In this document: piece after piece, positions 24,405-33,370 of the stretch
How the letters are laid out: every line of letters begins with the position of its first letter
How positions within the stretch are numbered: the first letter of the stretch is position 1
NCBI GenBank assembly: GCA_009602725.1
Contig: WELB01000016.1
Coordinates: 1,085,146-1,124,601 of the forward strand
Origin: Spirogloea muscicola
Lineage: Eukaryota
Direction: 5' to 3'
DNA length: 39,456 nucleotides
Notes under the pieces: model-generated
What the model saw: the letters and a program-made list of their open reading frames with translations, nothing else
Database searches by the model: none
What the model was told of the DNA's origin: nothing
Made by a program: the position numbers and the translations under genes

Positions 24405-25862
24405 CAGCCGCTGGCTGGATCTCCTTCAGCGGCTTGCCCGCCAGGCCATCGACCGGCGGCCGGGTCTGCCAGGGCCGATGCCCGGCTTCAACGCCGCCGG
24501 TTCGCTCGCCCAAGTCTGCCGCATGCGCCTGGCCGTCTCGCTTCGACGCTCCCTTGCCCACGCCGTCCACACGCGAGCAGGCCGTGCTATGGCCGCCGTC
24601 TCTGGGTCTCGGCGGAGTGCCTCGTTCCCTGCAGCGAGCTACTCAGACCTGATGTTGCTCACTCGTGGGTACTGAGCTTCCCTCTGCATCGTCTACGTGT
24701 TTTGCAGTGTTTTGTGGTGTAGTCCTTTTTCCGGCTCCTCTTTCTTTTGCTTTGGACATTGTCCATTCTTTTTAGGCTGGCTTTGCCAGCCCCTCTTCTC
24801 TATGGGCGAGCACTTCTTCGGCTGCTGGTACCAATCGAGCGGCTGTAAGAAATCGAGTGTGTTTGAGTCTGGGCTGGCCTCTCACACCCATTGCCTTTAG
24901 ACTGGAAGAGCTGTTTCTACTTGTGTTAAGTGATGGTTGGCCTGAGTGGCCAAGTACGAAGAAAGAAAGTGCTCGCCCATAGAGAAGAAAATTTTCGTGT
25001 ATTTGAAGCAATCAGAGAAGAGGGGCTGGCAAAGCCGGCCTAAAAAGTATGGGCAATGTCCAAAGCCAAGGAAGAGGTGCCGAAAAAGGACTACACCACA
25101 AAACACTACAAAAGACAAAACGATGCAGAGCTCAGTAACCGCGAGTGAGCAACATCAGGTCGGAGTAGCTCGCTGCAAGGAAAGAGGCACTCCGCCGAGA
25201 CCCAGAGGCGGCAGTGGCCAAAGAGAAGCACATTGACAGATGTACATTAAATCCTCCTGCTGAGCTGACCCGCTCAGTAATCACGAGTCAGCACATAGAG
25301 TCGCTAACTGATGGCCGAACACCGGACATCAATCGACAAGCTCTTGCCACCAGCTAAGGCTCGACCAGCTTTCTGATGCAACGCATGGGCCTGAGCTCGC
25401 TGCAAACAAGCTGACACTTAACGTCGCAAGAATGACAAATAGGCTGTCGGCATCTGCCCATCTGGGCTGGAAGCATATCCGCACATCCCAGACTCGCTAT
25501 GTTTGTTCGGCACCTTTTTCTTTGGCTTTGGACATTGTCCATTCCTTTTGGGCTGACTTTGTCAGCCCTTCTTCTCTTTGGGTGAGCACTTTCTTCTTTT
25601 CGTCTTATCAAATAGGGTATGGAAGAAAGGGCTCGCCCATGGAGAAGAGGAGCTGACAAACCCAGCGCAAGAAAGAATGGACAATGTCCAAAGCCAAAAG
25701 AAAAGCGATTATGGAAGCGAGGACAGATGCAGCCGAAGGTGTCGATTGCGGCTCGTTGTGAAAGGCAGTAGCCACCCTTGGCCTCGCCTTCCGGCCCGTT
25801 TAGATCCTGTACGTTCCTTTGGGCTGGCCTCGCACAGCCGATGAGCACACGGGGAGAGCCTC
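24405..25862. mobile_element. Cluster of CRE-like retrotransposon 3' fragments in both orientations filling the QCR7/GMPPA divergent intergenic region
   Basis: The + copy at about 24405-24819 (WLDLLQRLARQAIDRR...RMRLAVSLRRSLAHAVH...LLTRGY*) is near-identical to 13895-14336. There is a - copy at about 24962-25220, UTR fragments at 25505-25600 (+), 25622-25705 (-) and 25790-25862 (+), and an ORF-end remnant at about 25265-25298 (-). Confidence 0.87.
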
Positions 25863-26066
25863 ATGTTCCGATGCGGCTCCGAGCCCCGTCAGCTGCCTCG
25901 GAGGGCCGGTGGCACGGCCCTCCGCGCCCTCCGCGGCCGAATCGCCCAACGACACCCCTACACCTCTCGCGCCCGTGCCTCCGGCCCCCCCCCCCCGCTC
26001 CCCCGCCGTCTCCCGCCGCCACCTACCGGCGCGCGCCGCGCCCCGCGCCACCCCCCCGCCGCCGCC

Positions 26067-29056
26067 ATGGGCGCCGAGGACAAGTGCATTGCCGTCATCA
26101 TGGTCGGCGGCCCCACCAAGGGTACCCCTCTCGCCCTCGCCCCGCCGCCCCCGCTCCTGCGCTCGCGCTCGCCCGCCCGGACCCTCCTCGATCAGCTCAA
26201 CCCCCGCCGCTCGCGCGCTCGCGCAGGCACGCGCTTCCGGCCGCTGTCCCTCAACCTTGCCAAGCCGCTCTTCCCGCTGGCCGGGCAGCCTATGGTCCAC
26301 CACCCCATCGAGGCCTGCAAGAAGGTGCTCCCCCGGCCATGCCTCCCACCCCTGCTCGCCCCGCCCGGCGGGCCTCCTCTCGCGGCGCCCCGCCGATCAG
26401 GCAGCTGGCTCGCCCTCAAGCTGCCCGCGCTCCCCATCTGGCACCGGCGCCCTTGCCCCTAGGTGCCCGGCCTGTCCCAGATCTTCCTCATCGGCTTCTA
26501 CGAAGAGAAGGAGTTTGCGCTCTACCTGTCGGGCATCTCTCGGGACCTCAACGTGCCAGTCAGGTACCTGCGCGAGGACAAGTCGCACGGATCGGCCGGC
26601 GGCCTGTACCACTTCAAGGATCTCCTCCTCGAGGATAACCCGGTGAGAGCAGCCACCTGCTCCCCTCACCCCCCTACCTGCTCCCTCCTTCCAAGAGCGC
26701 TGTGCTGCAGTGTGTCGCTCTGTCAGGAGGAGGGCATCCGCACTCCCGTCGCTTGCATGCCTCCGGGCGAGGAGGTTTTGCCTGGCAGGCACTGCCCAGC
26801 AGATCTCACCACGCTCCTTCGTCTGGACCCTGGCTGGCCTGGTGCAGAAGCACATCTTTGTGCTCAACTGCGACGTCTGCTCGACCTTTCCGCTGGTCGA
26901 CATGCTCAGTGAGCCACAGCCGCTCCTCGCAGCACTTGCAGCAGCGTGCCTGGGCAGTTGGTAGAGGTTGACCCGCGTACCTGGGCAGTCGCAAGCCATG
27001 ATGGACACTCGAGCAGGCACCTACCACGTGCTCCACTGTCCACATCCGTTGTCCATACCACGCATGCCAGGCCATGCTCACGCACACGCCTGCTGCATGC
27101 TGCAGCTGAGCACAAGAACAAGGGTGGATTTGGCACTCTCCTTGTGAAGAAGGTCAGGCCTTTCCTTCACCCATGCCTACGTCTGCGACCGGTGCATCCT
27201 ACTGCAACTCCCTGGGTGGTGCCAGAAGGGGCAGCAGAGCAGATCTCAGAAACTTAGCAGATAGTGCCTGAGGAACTCAACCCGAGCATTCTCACACAAG
27301 CACTTGGCCCCACCAGGTGTCGCCAGAAGTGGCGGCAGAGTACGGAGAACTGGTTGCTGATGCCGAGACGGGCGAACTCCTGCATTACGCTGAGAAGCCT
27401 GAGACCTTTGTAAGTCTGCATACCTTCTTGGCCACCTACGTCAGGTGCTGTCAGCATCCTCAGGGGCCAGGCTGCAGCCTGGTAGGGAAACCACTTGTGA
27501 ACTGAGAAGCTAGGGTTGAGCTACATACATGACAAGGCTGTCCGCTCTGTGCTCAGGTGAGTGACAGGATCAACTGCGGCGTTTACGTCTTCTCCCCAGA
27601 TCTCTTCACGGCCATCCAGAACGTGGAGAAGTCACGCCAGGACAGAGGTAGAGGCGTCCTGCCCCCTTATACATCCTTTCTGGTGTTTGTGGTGGTGACA
27701 TGTGCATGTAGCGAGGCAACACATTGGCAAGCAAACAATTCAAGCCTGCGCCCACTCTGACAGGTTGAGGCTGTATTGACGTGGATTCTTTGCTTTTCAC
27801 CAGCTGGACTGAAGAGAGTTTCCAGCTTTGAGGCCCTTGCGCTGTCCTCAAAGTGCGTCATGCAGCTCCTACTCCTACTCAGCTGCTCTGTGCAAGACAT
27901 CTTGCTACTGGAGGCTTCTTGCAAGCTTGAGAGTTGCCCTGGTGGATTTTGACGCACACACATTGCTGCAGTGAGGTTGTGCTGTTCCTGAGACGCTGCC
28001 CAGTGTGGTGTACATGGCGGCGCTCACAGGACACTCCCTGCTGATTTTGTGAGATTGGATCAGGATATTCTGACTCCTTACGCTGGAAAGAAGCAGCTGT
28101 ACACGTACGAGACGAAGGACTTCTGGGAGCAAATTAAGGCGCCAGCGTGAGGCGACTGTTCTGTCCTGACCATTGCGTGCTTGCTACACTCAGCGCACGC
28201 AAATGTCAGCCATGTGTCTGTCTCTACTGACCATGTCGAAGTGTGACCCTCCAGGATGTCCTTGCGGTGCTCCCAGTTGTATCTTGCACAATACCGGAAA
28301 GAAAAACCTGCCCAATTATTCAGCACAAAGGAAGGTGCAGGGCCAATCGTGGTGGGCGATGTGTTCGTGCACCCATCCGCCAAAGTTCATCCAAGTGCCA
28401 AGGTAAGTGAATGGCAGCTGCCATTGCCCATGGCTGAGTCGTCCCCTGAGCAGTCAAGATGCTGGCATTCACTGCTCGGACCGTCACAATGTGCAGATTG
28501 GGCCGAATGTGTCTATTGCACCCAATGCTCGTGTGGGACCAGGTGTTCGTCTCCTGAACTCCATCATCCTCGACGAGGTTGAAATCAAGGTAAGCCACTG
28601 TTTCGAATGCACAGCCTGAATTTGATGCCCTCAGGGCAGCATCCATTGACACCCTTTGTGTCAACAAGGATGGCAGGCTCCGCCTACCAAGCTTGTGCTG
28701 ACATTGCGCGGCTTTGGACGTGAAGGAAAATGCATTTGTGAACAATGCCATTGTTGGCTGGAAGTCGTCAATCGGAAGATGGGCCCGTGTGCAGGTATGT
28801 GGCATAAGTACACGTGCCTACATGACAATCTTCAGACCATTCACTGCATGGTCTGGAGTGGCCTTGGTTTTGGCAGCCCATTGCTGACTTCGTGCACATT
28901 GAGTACTTACAGGGAGGGGGTGATTACTCTGCGAAGCTTGGCATCTCCATATTGGGAGAAGATGTGAGCGTGGAAGATGAAGTGGTGGTTGTAAATTGCA
29001 TAGTCCTGCCACACAAGTCCCTGAGCAACAGTGTTCGGGAGGAGGTCATCTTGTGA
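26067..29056 (+). CDS. GMPPA: Mannose-1-phosphate guanylyltransferase alpha / KONJAC-type regulatory subunit, 13 exons
   Basis: The N-terminus [18 protein letters not shown] has the two-residue insertion typical of GMPPA/KJC rather than VTC1 GGFGTRLRP. Further motifs: [39 protein letters not shown], hexapeptide repeats IGPNVSI...RVGPGVRL, and C-terminal IVLPHKSL...EVIL*. Confidence 0.95.
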
Positions 29057-29689
29057 GGTAGTCAGGTCAACATCATGTCAACCCATATCTGGCCCCAAGA
29101 CTTCTCACCGAGTTTGGCAGTCACTCTGTCACGGCTGGTGTAAACCCCTTGCCATTACCTTCCTTGTTTGGATCAACAATCAGAAGTTCCCACCAATTTG
29201 AGGACCCCAGGAAATCAACAGCTTGTGATACTGGTCCCGCCAACCACTTCAAGCGAGGATATTCAGGCAGTCACAGCAGTGGAAGAGGTTGTTGCATCAC
29301 AGTGCAAAGATTGCCCTCGTCCCCTGACGAGTCAGAAAGTCAAATTGAAAACCACGTGCGGGTGTGAGGGCTGCTGTTGCACACATTCTTTCAAATACAT
29401 TTCAGACGAGCTATTGCACGAGGGCCTGATTGAAGCAAATGCGGGAAGCTTGTGAAAGCCATCCTTGTGAAAGCCACCAAGGTTCTCCGTGTTCAAGGCA
29501 GCCGTTGGAAGATGCAGCATCTGGATTGTAGGATGCTGTCTGGTCACAATTACAATAGAGAGCCTTGGCCGTGCCCAGTGCAAGGGTCAGTATGCAACAC
29601 TTCGTTCAGGCATGCAGACGACCTCCAGCTGAAAGTCAACACCTAAACTTGTGCAATTGCCATAAGCAGCAACACAGCAAAAGCATACT

Positions 29690-30144
29690 TTTCCTTTTTG
29701 CGGATGGGCTCCGCTCAAACGCCAAGCCAAATAAAAGGAATGGGTACTGGCAATATTCTGAAGGAGAGTGTGGAAGCGAGGACCCAGACAGCCAAAGATG
29801 TCGACTGCCACTGGCAGGAGCTGATTGTATTGGGAGTAATCGGAGTAGTGCTGCAGCTTTCTTTGTTCTGCACCGCTCACTGCGTGGCCAGCGATGTGTG
29901 TCGATGCTGGACCTTTATACGCCTCCGTAACAACGACATCGACCAAGGCCCGTAGTCCTCCACCAGGTTGCACGCCCACAATGTCAAGTGTGCAGCGATG
30001 ATGACGTCCCTGGGCGTCCGTGGTGATAGGCATGATGTTGTTGACTTCCACGACCGCACGGTAGCCGGCGTCGCGCACCAAGCCCGCCAGGGCATCGCGG
30101 AGGAGGTTGTGGATGCCCACCACTTCTAGTCCAGTGGAGCAAAG
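29690..30144 (-). mobile_element. RLE endonuclease-domain fragment of a divergent subfamily of the CRE-like element
   Basis: IHNLLRDALAGLVRDAGYRAVVE...TLDIV...LVDVVVT...AEQRKLQHY...LLPVAVDIFGCLGP fits the H(N/D)...E...D...D-V...K..Y layout of RLE domains. Confidence 0.8.
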
Positions 30145-30452
30145 TGGGGGCAAGGGCTGTGAGAAGCCAGCCCGAAAAGAATTGACAAGCGTCAAAGGGG
30201 CCAGATTTCGAAGGGAGGGAGGGGCTGGGTTGGGAAAGGCACGAGAAGAAAGACGCTTCCAGGAAAGGGCGGTGGCTGGGAGAGGCCAGCCCAGCAAAAA
30301 GAATTAGCAAAGTCCGAAGGGGCCTGGGAAGCGCTAAAGCACACACGGAAGCGAGAAGCTACCTACCACTCACAAACAGAAGAAGAAGGGCTCGCCCATT
30401 GAGGAAAGGGGCTGGGAAAAGCCAGCCCGAAAAGAAAGCGCGGCCCAATTGA
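30145..30452 (-). mobile_element. Several stacked 3' UTR fragments of the CRE-like family
   Basis: Hairpin/terminal-box units at about 30145-30215, 30240-30345 and 30380-30452. Confidence 0.75.
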
Positions 30453-30463
30453 CTGGTGGCTTT

Positions 30464-32672
30464 GAGAAGTGGCTCTTCCAATGGGGGCAAGGGCTGTAAG
30501 AAGCCAGCCCAAAATGAATTAACAAGGTTCGAAGGGGCCAAACTACGAAGGGGCCAGAGGCGCTAGCTCTATACTAGGGAAGGATGAATCACTCAATAAC
30601 AACGAGTGAGGAGCCTCAAATCCGACAGACTAGCTGGCGGGAAACAATCCCCCTGACGAAAGCCAGAGGCAGCAGCGAGAGCACGGCCAGCACGCAGGTG
30701 CAAAGCGTGGGCCAGGGATCGCTGAAGGGATACGGCTAATCGCATGCGTTAGACTTGGGCCAACGAGCCAGCGGCGTTGAAGTTAGCCTGCTCACTTCGC
30801 CTGGGACACTGCGCGTCGCGCGAGCCCTGCCAGTAGGTCGAGCCACTGGGACCCGAGAGCCCCGTGCACATCCACGGCTGGAATCGAGTACCCCTGTACT
30901 CGTCCCCAGCCGGGTGGTCAGCGAGTTTGACGGCCTTGCTGCGAGCGGCGTTCGCCGCAGCATGGCCAGCCCTCGAGGCAGAAAGGCCCGGATTGGAGCG
31001 GTCCACCTTATCAGTGGTGACCACATCTGCAATGATGCGCGCGCCGCCTCCTGGCGTGAAGGCCACCAGGTCGACGCGGCGCGTGTGTAGGCCCTCCGCC
31101 TTCTGAAGGATTGGCATGACCGAAGTATTCTCCAGCGCTACCGAGTAGCCGGCCTCCTGGAAGATGCCAAACATGGCATCCCTGAGGAGGTCGTGGGCTG
31201 CCGGGCGTCTCCTCCAGTGGCGCACCGGAGGACGTGCGCCGCCAGTTCCGCCGGGTCCGCCGACCGATCCCCGCACTCGCACTGGAGCACGCCCTGGAGA
31301 CAGGGCGGGGGAAGACCCAGTAGGCGATGGGGGCCGCGCGGAAGACTTCGTCCGGCATCCGGAGTGCGTCATAGAGCGGAAGCGCCGAGAGCCAGGCTGC
31401 CGCGCCAGGGGAAGAGCCGGCAATGCCCGCGCACGTCGGTTGGAGGGAGGAGCTGCAGCGTGGCCGTGAAGGCCGCCTTGTCGATCACCGCCATGTAACG
31501 CGCCTGCACCCACCAGTCAGGGGAGTGGGCCAGATGGGCCAATGGGCACCACGCCCTCAGCTAGGGCTGGGTACTCGGCGAGTAGCTCTAGTTGAGCAGA
31601 GCGGAGCGCCACCTGGAACGGCAGCGAGCCGGTCTCCACGTCCGCAGCAGCCTGCTGCAGCGGGGGCCGCCCGTCGAGCACGAAGCGGTGAGCCACCGAC
31701 GATGCGACCTGGGCCCAGCTGCCGAGCTACGCTGGCCTGCAGGTGCGTGCGAGCGAGCGGCAGCCGAGGCCGCCCTGGGCGAGGGGTAGAGTGGCCTGGT
31801 GTACAGCCGCAGGCGTGTTGAGGAAGCCGGTGTGACGGATGAGGGCCGCCACGCTCTCCGTGACGCCCGGTGTCGCACGTGGCGTAGGCCTCCAGCACCT
31901 CGGGGCAGGGAGGGGCAGCCCGCGCAAGGTAGTGCGGCCGCTGCACAATGCTTCTGGTGAGCATAGCCAGGGCCAGCTGCATATTCTGCAGCTCGGGGAG
32001 GCGGGCCGCCGGTCGTAGGTGCTCCTGGAGCCGGGCCCGCAGCTGCTCGTTCACGAAAGACGGTGTGCCGAGGGAGGCCCCTGGGATGGTGAGGCCGCCC
32101 GGAGGAGTCTGGCACCCTGTGGGCAGAGGCAAGGGGGCAGGAAGGCCGCGAGGAGACCACGCTACGCACTTCTCGGCCCGAATGGTCAAGCCGAGGGCGG
32201 CCAGCTGCTGCTGGAGGGTGGCGGTGGTTGCCAGCACGTCCTTTGGGCTGTCGACCAGTGTTGTGTCGTCGGCGTATGTCGGCAAGAGGACGCTGGGGTG
32301 CGCCGCCGCGGTAGCCTTCAGAACGCGGCAGTGAGCCAACGCCAAAAAAAACGCCTGCCAAATGATCCCCCTGGCGTGTGCCCGTCCTCGATTGCAGCGT
32401 CTCCACCCCACCACTCCCCGTCCCCCACAGAAGGTCGCTGGGCTGGCAGTAGCCAAGGCGGAAGAAGGGAAGGAGGGAAGGGAAGGCAGCTCGTAGCTCC
32501 TCGGCGATGGCGTTGCGCTCTACGCTGTTGAAAGCGTTTTGCACGTCGACAGCCAGGACCATCCAGTCAGGGTGGAGATCGAGGGCCGCGCGGACGCCGT
32601 GGACGACAGCCTCCTCGCCGCTTCGTGGCCCAGCGCCGTATTGATGAGGGGCAAGGTGGGTCTGCGCCTGCC
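30464..32672 (-). mobile_element. Decayed, 5'-truncated CRE-clade-like non-LTR retrotransposon (RT, thumb, Cys/His knuckle, RLE, 3' UTR)
   Basis: RT motifs HQYGAG..SGEEAVVH, VDVQNAFNSVER, GTRQGDHL and TYADD; thumb QATLPLAQGGLG; HVLRC knuckle remnant; RLE HDLLRD...RRVDL...ADVV...K. The ORF ends LLTRCY* at 30593. There are several frameshifts and stops. The clade assignment is by motif recall only. Confidence 0.88.
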
Positions 32673-32810
32673 CGAGGCTGTGAGAGGCCAGCCCAAAGGA
32701 ATGGACAAGGTCAGAAGGACCCGGATGGCGCAGAATAGAAGCAAGGTACTAAGTGCTAAGACGGCAGCCAGGGGACTCTCAGTAACCTCTAGTCAGTAGA
32801 TGCAAACCGG
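32673..32810 (-). mobile_element. Short ORF-end plus 3' UTR copy interrupted by the long element
   Basis: HLLTRGY* ends at 32779, followed by UTR and hairpin gggctggcctctcacagcc, which abuts the 5' end of the long copy. Confidence 0.75.
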
Positions 32811-32814
32811 AATA

Positions 32815-33370
32815 GCTAGCAGGCGGATAGACATATCCTTGACGTGGTGACCACAGACGCATGCGACCCCTCACACCCAGCCCAATGTGCCACCAAGGCT
32901 GGGTATACGGTAGCCTGTGCCGCTCGGGCCAAGGAGCTCAAATACGCAGACAACCTGCGGGAAGACGAGTTTTTCCCGCTCGCCATCGACACGCACGGGG
33001 CGTTGGGCGCTCGGTGGCTCGAGCTGCTCAATCAGCTCTCACGTCAAGCCATCGTCCGCCGCTTCCATAGGGTGCCAGTGGACTTTCATGCAGCCGGGTC
33101 GCTGCAGAGGACTACGGCCCGCGCGCTGCACCTGTGTGCCGGCAGAGCCCTCGCTGCTGCCTCTGGCTCTGGCCAGGGGACCCGCTTCCAGGAGCCAAGT
33201 TTTTCTGACCTGAGGCTGCTTAGCAGGGGTTACTGAGTGCTTCGTAGCTGCTTATTTTATCTTGTGCTTTTTCTTCTCAGTGCTTCCCCTGGCATTTTCT
33301 AGTACTTTGTTTTTTCTATTTTGGGCTGGCCTTTTCCAGCTCTTATCCTCTATGGACGAGCCCTTCTCTC
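32815..33370 (+). mobile_element. 5'-truncated CRE-like copy (RLE C-terminus plus full 3' UTR)
   Basis: DVVTTD...ARAKELKYAD...FFPLAIDTHGALG...LLSRGY* (33236), then UTR ending ctatggacgagcccttctc. Confidence 0.88.

Noticed and set aside
30464..32672. RT as a group II intron, retron, DGR or domesticated gene
   Set aside because: The C-terminal RLE domain, 5' truncation, TSD-flanked relatives and multiple frameshifts indicate a decayed non-LTR retrotransposon.
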